From Eledone cirrhosa (taxonomy: Eukaryota): 64,000 nucleotides of DNA. Below, one piece after another: positions 43,701-53,100 of the stretch (position 1 is the stretch's first letter; each line of letters opens with the position of its first letter). Location of the stretch: contig OZ024744.1 in the NCBI GenBank assembly GCA_964016885.1, positions 24,490,001-24,554,000 of the forward strand, written 5' to 3'. The notes beneath the pieces were generated by a model, which was given only the letters and a program-made list of their open reading frames with translations, had not been told where the DNA came from and ran no database searches. The position numbers and the translations under genes are program-made.

Positions 43701-46700
43701 TAAGAACTGACTCGTCTTAACAACAGTTGAATCTTAAGAACTGACTCGTTTTAACAACAGATGAATCTTAAGATAAAACTCATTTTAACAACAGTTGAAT
43801 CTTAAGACCTGATTCGTTTTAACAACAGTTGAATATTAAATAAAACTCGTTTTAACAACAGTTGCATTTTAAGATAAAACTGGTTTTAACAACAGTTGAA
43901 TCTTAAGAACTGACTCGTTTTAACAACACTTGTAACTTATAATAAAACTCGTTTTAACAAGAGTTGAACCTTAAGAACTGACTCGTTTTAACAACAGTTG
44001 AATCTAAAGAACTGACTCGTTTTAACACAAGTTGAATCTTAAGATAAAACTCGTTTTAACAACAGTTGAACCTTAAGAACTGACTCGTTTAACAACAGTT
44101 GAATCTTAAAATAAAACTCGTTTTAACAGTTGAATTTTAAAATAGAACTAGTTTTAATAACAGTTGAATCTTAAGAAGTGACTCGTTTTAATACAAGTTG
44201 AATCTTAAGCTAAAATTAGTTTTAACAACTGCTGAATCTTAATAACTGACTCGTTTTAAGAACACTTCAATCTTATGATAAAACTCGTGTTAACAACAGT
44301 TGAATCTTAAGAACTGACTCGTTTTAACAACAGTTGAATCTTAAAATAAAACTCGTTTTAACAACAGTTGAATCTTAAAATAAAACTAGTTTTAATAACA
44401 GTTGAATCTTAAGAAGTGACTCGTTTTAATATAAGTTGAATCTTAAGCTAAAATTCGTTTTAACAACAGCTGAATCTTAAGAACTGACTTGTTTTAATAA
44501 CACTTTAATCTTATGATAAAACTCGTTTTAACACCAGTTGAATCTTAAGAACTTACTCGTTTTAACAACAGTTGAATCTTAAGAGAAAATTCGTTTTAAC
44601 AACAGCTAAATCTTAAGAACTGACTCGTTTTAACAACAGTTGAATCTTATGATAACACTCTTGTTAACAACAGTTGCATTTTAAGTTAAAACTGGTTTTA
44701 ACAACAGTTGAATGTTAAGAACTGACTCGTTTTAACCACAGTTGAATCTTAAGAGAAAATTCGTTTTAACAACAGCTGAATCTTAAGAACTGACTCTTTT
44801 TAACAACAGTTGAATCTCATGATAAAACTCGTTTAACAGTTGCATTTTAAGAGAAAACTGGTTTTAACAACAGTTGAATCTTAAGAACTGACTCGTTTTA
44901 ATAACACTTTAATCTTATGATAAAACTCGTTATAACAACAGTTGATTCTTAAGAAATTACTCGTTTTTACAACAGTTGAATCTTAAGATATAACTCGTTA
45001 TAACAACAGTTGATTCTTAAGAAATTACTCCTTTTTACAACAGTTGAATCTTAAGATAAATCTCGTTTTAAGAACAGTTTAATGTTAAGAACTGACTTGT
45101 TTTAACAACAGTTGAATCTTAAGAACTGATTCGTTTTAACAACAGTTGCATTTTAAGATAAAACTGGTTTTTTCAACAGTTGAATCTGAAGAACTGACTC
45201 GTTTTCACAACAGTTGAATCTGAAGAACTGACTCGTTTTAACAACAGTTGAATCTTAAGAACTGACTCGTTTTATCAACAGTTGAATCTGAAGATAAACT
45301 CGTTTTAACAACAGTTGAATCTTAAGAACTCACTCGTTTTAACAACACTTGTATCTTATGATAAAACTGGTTTTAACAACAGTTGAAACTTATGATAAAA
45401 CTCGTTTTAATAACAGTTGCATTTTAAGATAAAACTGGTTTTAACAACAGTTGAATCTGAAGAACTGACTCGTTTGAACAACAGTTGAATCTTAAGAACT
45501 GACTCGTTTTAACAACAGTTGAATCTTAAAATAAAACTATTTTTAACAACAGTTGAATCTTAAAATAAATCTGGTTTTAATAACAGTTGAATCTTAAGAA
45601 CTGACTCGTTTTAAGAACACTTTATTCGCATGATAAAACTCGGTATAACAACAGTTGATTCTTAAGAAATTACTCGTTTTAACAATAGTTGAATCTTAAG
45701 ATAAAACTCGTTTTAACAACAGTTGAATCTTTAGAACTGAATCGTTTTAATAACAGTTGAATCTTAAAATAAAACTCGTTTTAACAACAGTTGAATCTTA
45801 AGAACTGTCTCGTGTTAACAACAGTTGAATCTTAAGATAAAATCTGTTTTAACAACAGTTGAAAGTTAAGAACTGACTCGTTTTAACAACAGTTGAATCT
45901 TTAAAAAAAACTGGTTATAACAACAGTTGAATCTTAAGAACTGACTCGTCTTAACAACAGTTGAATCTTAAGAACTGATTCGTTTTAGCAACAGATGAAT
46001 CTTAATATAAAACTCGTTTTAACAACAGTTGAATCTAAAGAACTGATTCGTTTTAACAACAGTTGAATCTTAAATAAAACTCGTTATAACAACAGTTGAT
46101 TCTTAAGAAATTACTCGTTTTAACAACAGTTGAATCTTAAGATAAAACTCGTTTTAACAACTGTTGCATTTTAAGATAAAACTGGTTTTAACAACAGTTG
46201 AATCTTAAGATCTGACTCGTTTTAACAACACTTGTAACTTATGATAAAACTCGTTTTAACAACAGTTGAACCTTAAGAACTGACTCGTTTTAACAACAGT
46301 TGAATTTTAAGAGAAAATTCGTTTTAACAACAGCTGAATCTTTAGAACTGACTCGTTTTAACAACAGTTTATTGTTAAGATAAAACTCGTTTTAACAACA
46401 GTTGCATTTTAAGATAAAACTGGTTTTAACAACAGTTGAATCTTAAGAACTGACTCGTTTTAACAACAGTTTACTCTGAAGAACTGACTCGTTTTAATAA
46501 CAGTTGAATCTGAAGATAAAACTCGTTTTAACAACAGTTGAATCTTAAGAACTGACTCGTTTTAACAACACTTGTAACTTATGATAAAACTCGTTTTAAC
46601 AACAGTTGAACCTTAAGAACTGACTCGTTTTAACAATAGTTGAATTTTAAGATAAAACTCGTTTTAACAACAGTTGAATATTGAGATAAGACTCGTTATA

Positions 46701-48183
46701 ACAACAGTTGATTCTTAAGAAATTACTCGTTTTAACAACAGTTGAATCTTAAGGTAAAACTCGTTTTAACAACAGTTGAATCTTAAGACTGACTCGTTTA
46801 AACAACAGTTGAATCTTAAGAACTGACTTGTTTTAACAACAATTGAATCTTAAGATAAAACTCGTTTTAACAACAGTTGAATCTTAAGAACTGACTCGTT
46901 TTAACAACAGTTGCATTTTAAGATAAAATTGGTTTTTACAACAGTTGAATCTGAAGAGCTGACTCGTTTAAACAACAGTTGAATCTTAAAATAAAACACT
47001 TTTTAACAACAGTTGAATCTTAAAATAAAACTAGTTTTAATAACAGTTGAATCTTAAGAACTGACTCGTTTTAATATAATTTGAATCTTAAGATAAAATT
47101 CGTTTTAACAACAGCTGAATCTAAAGAACTGACTCGTTTTAAGAACACTTTATTCTCATGATAAAACTCGGTATAACAACAGTTGATTCTTAAGAAATTA
47201 CTCTTTTTAACAATTGTTGAATCTTAAGATAAAACTCGTTTCAACAACAGTTGAATCTTAAGAGCTGTCTCGTGTTAACAACAGTTGAATCTAAAGATAA
47301 AATCTGTTTTAACAACAGTTGAAAGTTAAGAACTGACTCGTTTTACTAGCAGTTGAATCTTAAGATAAAACTGGTTATAACAACAGTTGAATCTTAAGAA
47401 CTGACTCGTCTTAACAACAGTTGAATCTTAAGAACTGACTCGTTTTAACAACAGATGAATCTTAAGATAAAACTCATTTTAACAACAGTTGAATCTTAAG
47501 ACCTGATTCGTTTTAACAACAGTTGAATATTAAATAAAACTCGTTTTAACAACAGTTGCATTTTAAGATAAAACTGGTTTTAACAACAGTTGAATCTTAA
47601 GAACTGACTCGTTTTAACAACACTTGTAACTTATAATAAAACTCGTTTTAACAAGAGTTGAACCTTAAGAACTGACTCGTTTTAACAACAGTTGAATCTA
47701 AAGAACTGACTCGTTTTAACACAAGTTGAATCTTAAGATAAAACTCGTTTTAACAACAGTTGAACCTTAAGAACTGACTCGTTTAACAACAGTTGAATCT
47801 TAAAATAAAACTCGTTTTAACAGTTGAATTTTAAAATAGAACTAGTTTTAATAACAGTTGAATCTTAAGAAGTGACTCGTTTTAATACAAGTTGAATCTT
47901 AAGCTAAAATTAGTTTTAACAACTGCTGAATCTTAATAACTGACTCGTTTTAAGAACACTTCAATCTTATGATAAAACTCGTGTTAACAACAGTTGAATC
48001 TTAAGAACTGACTCGTTTTAACAACAGTTGAATCTTAAAATAAAACTCGTTTTAACAACAGTTGAATCTTAAAATAAAACTAGTTTTAATAACAGTTGAA
48101 TCTTAAGAAGTGACTCGTTTTAATATAAGTTGAATCTTAAGCTAAAATTCGTTTTAACAACAGCTGAATCTTAAGAACTGACT
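40780..48183. repeat. Near-identical 3,694-bp tandem duplication within the satellite
   Basis: GACTTGTTTTAATAACAC at 40792 and 44486, and GAATCTTTAAAAAAAACTGG at 42201 and 45895, are both offset by 3694. The private variants I compared by eye are shared by both copies. Confidence 0.9.
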
Positions 48184-48734
48184 CGTTTTAAGAACACTTT
48201 AATATAAGTTGAATCTTATGATAAAACTCGTTTTAACAACAGTTGAATCTTAAGAACTGACTCGTTTTAACAACAGTTGAATTTTAAGATAAAACTCGTT
48301 TTAACAACAGTTGAATCTTAAGATAAAACTCGTTATAACAACAGTTGATTCGTAAGAAATTACTCGTTTTAACAACAGTTGAATCTTAAGATAAAACTCG
48401 TTTTAACAACAGTTGAATCTTTAGAACTGACTCGTTTTAATAACAGTTGAATCTTACAATAAAACTCGTTTTAACAACAGCTGAATCTTAAGAACTGACT
48501 CATTTTAACAACAGTTGAGTCTACGTGTAATATTGACACTGACATTGCCTTTATATCAATCTGGCGGTCCGTTCAGATTAAAGATACGAATGCTTCTTAA
48601 AATCCCATCAATACACAACTTTATGATTATCTCTCAAAATTAACCGAAAACAAATTCAGCGAAGATTCTGATTGACAGATAACCTATTGAGATGCCACAA
48701 TTTTCTGAGGAATGTGTGTGTGTGTGTGTGTGTA

Positions 48735-48870
48735 GGCACGCTGCTTAGTGGTTAGAGTGTTCAGCACAGGTGTGTAAGTTTACGAGTTCAATACGTGGCT
48801 GCAGATTGTCTCGTTGAGTAAAATAATTTATTTCTCTAGTCGAGTCAGCCAGCGGGCAAAAGTGAATTGT
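48735..48870 (+). mobile_element. Degenerate tRNA-derived SINE head
   Basis: GGCACGCTGCTTAGTGGTTAGAGTG (Pol III A-box-like) is followed ~35 nt later by GAGTTCAATAC (B-box-like, 48784-48794). It sits directly after a (TG)n tract and has no intact cloverleaf. Confidence 0.55.
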
Positions 48871-49347
48871 TGCTGTATTTCAAATAACTGACGGGAGAAT
48901 CGATTGTGAAAGTCAACACAGCAACTTCATAGGAATTCTTCAAAACGATACCGAAGTGACAACTGTATCAGAAATACGACCAGTGAGTAGTCGGTCAGTA
49001 AGGTTTCACGTTTTCCTACTTATTCTAATGCAATAGCGTATCAAAACTCGATGTTCGAGTTAATTTTGTTGATATATATATATATATACGTGTGTGTGTG
49101 TATATGTGTGTATGTGTGTGTTGGGGTGGGGAGTACAGTGCTGAGAACAGGGAGACTACTAATCATGGGAGAACTGATTACACGGGTAGATGAAGAATGG
49201 GTATAGATATATGTAAAATCCCGACCGTATTGGTATCTATCACACACACGCCTACACACACACCCCTACACACACACACATATATATATATATAAAATAG
49301 AAAAAACGTGTAAGTTTCGTTTACATATGAAAAATATTTATTCTGTT

Positions 49348-49446
49348 TCGACCTGTTACTCCCGTTTCGCAGAGGATTGGCTCAATGTAACCCATAGGAG
49401 TTATGGACACGACTCCAGTATCGATCTGCTCGTCAGACTGGTGATG
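49348..49446 (-). ncRNA. Type I hammerhead ribozyme motif (left arm), extended stem II
   Basis: The minus strand reads ACCAGU-CUGACGA-GCAGA[51 nt]UCUGC-GAAA-C-GGGA-GUA^ACAGGU. Core boxes CUGANGA and GAAA are intact. Stem II is GCAGA/UCUGC, stem III is 2 bp with a tetraloop, the cleavage triplet is GUA (cut after 49357), and stem I is ACCAGU/ACAGGU with one A.A mismatch. Confidence 0.75.
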
Positions 49447-49482
49447 TGACAAAAAATATCAACAAAAATATATCTTTTGTTA

Positions 49483-49582
49483 CATCACTAGTCTGACGAG
49501 CAGATCGATACTGGAGTCGGGTCCATAACTCCTATAGGTTACGTTGAGCAAATCCTCTGCGAAACGCGAGTAACAGGCCGAT
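49483..49582 (+). ncRNA. Type I hammerhead ribozyme motif (right arm), extended stem II
   Basis: CUGACGA at 49493-49499. Stem II GCAGA (49500-04) pairs with UCUGC (49556-60). GAAA at 49561-64, then C-GCGA-GUA with the predicted cut after 49572. Stem I (CUAGU/ACAGG) is weaker than in the left copy. Confidence 0.72.
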
Positions 49583-49721
49583 ACAGAATAATAAATATTT
49601 TTCGTATGTAAACGAAACTTCCAGGTTTTTTCTATTATATATATATATGTGTGTGTGTGTGTAGACAGCATGTATATGTAAATGTATGTATATTTCCTCT
49701 GATAGTTTATTTTCCTCTATC

Positions 49722-50613
49722 ACTACTCCTTTGCTAAACCTTATCGATTCGAATAGCCCTTTTCAGGATAAACCTCCACCTGTTGTTGACGATCGCACCC
49801 GTCAACGCACGCTTAACTAATTCGCTAATCCGGTCTCTGTAAGCTTTGCGCGCGGGGACGATGCGTTCAGCTTTCAGTAGCCGAGCCCTTGCCTATGGTG
49901 TCTATCTGAGTCAACTTCACAGATCACAAATATGTGGTCCGTATAGTCGACTACTTTAAATTGTGGACAACGTACACTACCCTTATCTGTTTCCCTACAA
50001 AATACCCTATCAAAATACGATCTGGATGACCCGATGCGGTTTGCCCATGTCCACATTGTCACATTCGGATAATCCATTCTATACCTGTCAGACAGTTCAA
50101 AACGTCTGAGCAGGTTGTTGAGTCTTTTACACCCTCCTGCCCTGTCTACTAGGCCCACATTATCCCAGCGTGCATCTAAGATACCGTTCCAGTCGCTCAC
50201 TAACACTAAAGAGCGGGACGTTCAAAGAAAGGTCTCTAGACGTCTGAAGAAATCTGGCCGTCCTGCCCTTGTTGGGGCGTAGACGGCTACTAGCCTGAAA
50301 GCATTGCCTTCGCTGCTGGTCACGTCCAGCACCACCGACTTACCTTCTGGGTCCAGGAAGATGGCCCGTATGGCGAGATCCAAAACTCTCCGAAAAGGAC
50401 GGCAACCCCTCCCCACGATCCTGGACGGCTGGGAGATGCGAATAAATCGTAGCCGCCGAAGATCGGTGCGAAGGCTCGTGCTTCGGAGATTCTGGTCTCG
50501 CTGATGGCAACCACATCTATGTTTAGTCAGGTGATGTCGTTGAGCAGGTGACCCTGCTTCCAAGATGACCCCAGGCCACGTACATTTATCCTGCCTATTC
50601 TAAGTAAGGCCAT
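49722..50613 (-). pseudogene. ORF2 remnant: apurinic-like endonuclease (APE) domain of the Tx1/L1 element
   Basis: ATG at 50613 gives MALLRIGRINVRGL (NVRG motif). Later fragments are VAISET, GGVAVLF, LVAVYAP, VSDWN (GDFN-like), WTW, SYFDR, TDH and Y*KLN (WKLN-like). It is broken by stops and frameshifts across ORF-track fragments 50320..50514, 50222..50563 and 49874..50206. Confidence 0.88.
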
Positions 50614-50720
50614 GTTAGTGAGGAATGGAGTAAGTGAGAAAGGATCACCTACTCTGATCGTGTGGTGAAGGGACAGTAGAACCGTCCCTTTCGCTGGTTA
50701 TGGGTGTTTCCAAGAGGATG

Positions 50721-52419
50721 TCAGTGTATATCCTCTTGGTAACCGACCCTCTGAAGACTCCAACTGCGTTGGGGGAATTTTTTCTTTAAAAGTGTGTATT
50801 GTTCTATTGATATTTCGATGATGCTTATGTTTGTCGGGAGAGTTCTTGGTGTTGGTGGGGTGTAGTAGTTTTTTTCTGTGATGTCTGTGTGCTGCTTTAT
50901 ATGTTGTAGGAGTTCTTTATTTGCCATGTTTATGGCTGTGTACATTTTGGGGGGAGGGGTGATTGTGTTGCTGGTTTCTTGTTGTTGCTGTTGGGTGTGT
51001 GTGTTTTGTTGTGTTTGCGATGTTGGTGTTTTTGGTGATGCTGGTGGTGGTGATGGTGGTGGTGGTGTTGCTGCAAGTCTCCTTGCAGCCTTTACCCCTC
51101 TTTGTCTGCTTTCGCTTTTGGAGGGTGAAGCGAAGGAGTTTTTCTTTTTTTCTTTTTTTGGCAGACCGTTTGCCACTACCCTCCCGCATCACACTCCATG
51201 TCGGACCCCGCGGCGTCCGCGATGGGCATGAGCTCCACTGCTGTTGGTAGTGGCAGTGGAGCCCGCTTCGGCCTTTTTACCGCCGACGTAGCTACTGCGA
51301 CTGTTGGTATTGCCGCCACTGCTGCGCTGCTTTAGTTGTCCGTGGCCTTGGTATAGGTGCCACAGACGTTGCCCTCCTACTCACCATGGAAGGGTCTTCT
51401 GCCTCTGTTGCCACCCTGCTCTTGGTAGCAGTGGATAAGGCGTCGGAAGGAGGAGGCCCTCTTCTTGGATGTCTTCTGCGCGCAGAAGGCCCTGAAGTGA
51501 CCCTTCTGCCCACAGAGATAGCACTTTGAGCGCCTTCCTTCCACGCTTATAGGGAGTTGGAGTCCTTCTTCGAGGTCTATGATGTCTGGGATGGCCACGA
51601 TGCTCTCCTGGTCAGTCTGTATTAGCATTTGCATGCCTATTCCTGACCTGGTCTCTCTTCCCGTTCTCAGTATTTGCAGTATGGTGGTCTATTCCAGCCA
51701 GAACAAACGCGGCCAGCCAAGGTATGGGCACGTCGAGTGGGACCTGGGTCACTTTGACCCCCACAATTTTCTGCCCGCAGTAGGAGTGCACCACGACTAT
51801 ATCCTCACTCTTTAGGGTTTCCAAAGAGTGAGAATTCGCCTCTTGGGGGGTGGCGAAAACTACGTCTACTGTGGCGTACTTTTTGCCTCGGGTGATGTGG
51901 GCTTTGCGCGCCCAGACGCACCCCAATGCCTTTTGGATTTGAGCCTCCGTGGCTCTCTCCACCCGATGCGACAATTTGCTTACGGTGCGGTAAGTCACTG
52001 TGCGCAGGTGTGGTCTTTGACGAAATCGGGTGGAGGTTTCAGGGAAAGTCTGTTGTCGTTTCTCGACACCATGGCCCTTGCCACTGCCATCTCTTCCTCC
52101 GTGACTAACACTGTCTCTATTTTTGGACCACACCTGCGAAAGAAGTGGCCCCTTTTTCAGCGGCAACATTATTGCTGCCGCTACTGGTTTTGTTGTTGGT
52201 GCTGTTGCTGTTGCTACTGCCTCAAACGATGTTGTTCGTGTTGTTGCTGTTATCACTGTTGTAGTTGGTTGTATTTTGGGTGCCACCGTTGTTGTTGTTT
52301 TCGGTGCAATTTGTATTGTTGCTGTTGGTGTTGTCGTTGTTTATTTTCTTGTTAGTGGTGTTAATATCGTTGTTGCATTTGTTGTCATTTTTTTCTGTTG
52401 TCTGTATTTTGGTTGACAC
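50721..52419 (-). pseudogene. ORF1 remnant (gag-like nucleic-acid-binding protein with zinc knuckle)
   Basis: Frameshifted fragments 52222..52419, 51612..52286, 51377..51634 and 50721..51176. CYLCGQKGHFRAFC fits CX2CX4HX4C. The termini are T/N/Q/P low-complexity. It lies immediately upstream of the APE ORF2. Confidence 0.78.
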
Positions 52420-52789
52420 TGTTATTGTTGTAGTTGGTGTGGTAATTTTTTTTTTAAATTAGTTTCTCAGTGTTGTCTTTGTTCACGTTGTTTGTGGTGG
52501 TGTCTGTTGTAGGAATTTCATTAACCCCCCTCTCAACTTTTACGCCGTTGTCAGCATAGATATTGCTGGGGGGACGTGGCTCAGCAATGTTTTTTTTAAA
52601 TAATTTTTTTTTAAACGTAAAATGTTCAAATATTTGGCCAAAATGCCCAGATATTTTTATTTCCCCTTCACAGGGCAAAGTCTAAGGGCTTATATCCCTT
52701 ACACAAAAGAAATATTTAACAACAAATAATTTTAACAGGCAAATAAAGCGACTTACTGGGAGCGAGCAAAAAGGACGTCCGAACAGATC

Positions 52790-52871
52790 AATAATAATAA
52801 TTGTTTCTACTTTTGGCACAAGACCAGCAATTATTCCAGTGTATTACTGGTACTTTATTTAATCGACCCTG
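52790..52871 (-). mobile_element. SINE 3' fragment with (ATT)n tail
   Basis: TTGTTTCTACTTTTGGCACAAGACCAGCAATTA...ACTGGTACTTTATTTAATCGACCC closely matches the copies at 59761 and 59968. Confidence 0.75.
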
Positions 52872-53100
52872 TAATAATAATAATATTAATGGTTTTTTTA
52901 TTGGTCACAAGGGCTAACATGAAGAAAAACATTACAGACGGCACAGGATGATACAAAGTGGGTTTGGGCCATGTAAAATGATTATAAAGGACAGAAACGT
53001 GTAAAATAAATTAAAATTCAAACAACACAAATTCCCCAATAAGGGTGAAGCTTCCGAGGGTCACTCATGGCGAAAACCACACAAAAGACCACGGCCACTC
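52872..53100 (-). mobile_element. Probable 3' UTR/terminus of another non-LTR element (possibly the same Tx1-like family)
   Basis: The minus strand is T-rich and noncoding, ending ...GCCCTTGTGACC-AATAAAAAAA-CCATTAAT(ATT)n, i.e. a polyA signal, a short A run and an ATT tract. The family assignment is inference. Confidence 0.45.

Larger units (their letters stand above)
1..48522. repeat. Tandem satellite DNA array, 34-bp monomer, ~1,400 copies (runs off the left edge of the window)
   Basis: Continuous head-to-tail repeats of two main types, A = AACAACAGTTGAATCTTAAGAACTGACTCGTTTT and B = AACAACAGTTGAATCTTAAGATAAAACTCGTTTT (both 34 nt), plus recurrent minor variants (GCATTTT, CACTTGTA, CTGAAG). 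One orientation throughout, and no ORFs in the track. Ends at ...ACAGTTGAGTCT near 48,522. Confidence 0.98.
49266..49664. repeat. Long inverted repeat (two ~195-bp arms, ~10-nt spacer) of a hammerhead-containing element
   Basis: 49266-49459 is the imperfect reverse complement of 49470-49664, including the outer (CA)n(TA)n / (TA)n(TG)n tracts. The two 63-aa minus-strand ORFs called here are considered spurious. Confidence 0.95.
49722..52789 (-). mobile_element. Tx1/L1-clade non-LTR retrotransposon: 5' UTR, ORF1 and endonuclease part of ORF2; 3'-truncated and decayed
   Basis: An ORF1 with a CCHC knuckle is followed by a short spacer and an ORF2 that starts with an APE domain. The apparent 5' end abuts (AAT)4 at 52790. 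No RT domain remains. Confidence 0.85.

Noticed and set aside
1-48522. CRISPR array: the type B monomer read as GTTTTA...TAAAAC resembles a type II CRISPR repeat
   Set aside because: Only 2 nt separate successive units, so there are no unique spacers. There are no cas genes, the context is eukaryotic retroelements, and the variation is point mutation in HOR patterns.
1-48522. Repetitive protein-coding region or telomeric repeat
   Set aside because: The 34-bp period is not a multiple of 3, TAA/TGA stops are dense on both strands, and no ORFs were called. It has no G-rich telomere-type motif.
48735-48800. tRNA gene
   Set aside because: It has A/B-box-like motifs only. The acceptor and anticodon stems do not pair, so it is better explained as a SINE head.
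50878-52462. Plus-strand Cys/Val-rich 'membrane' ORFs
   Set aside because: These are antisense shadows of the CAA/ACA-rich Tx1 ORF1 low-complexity regions.
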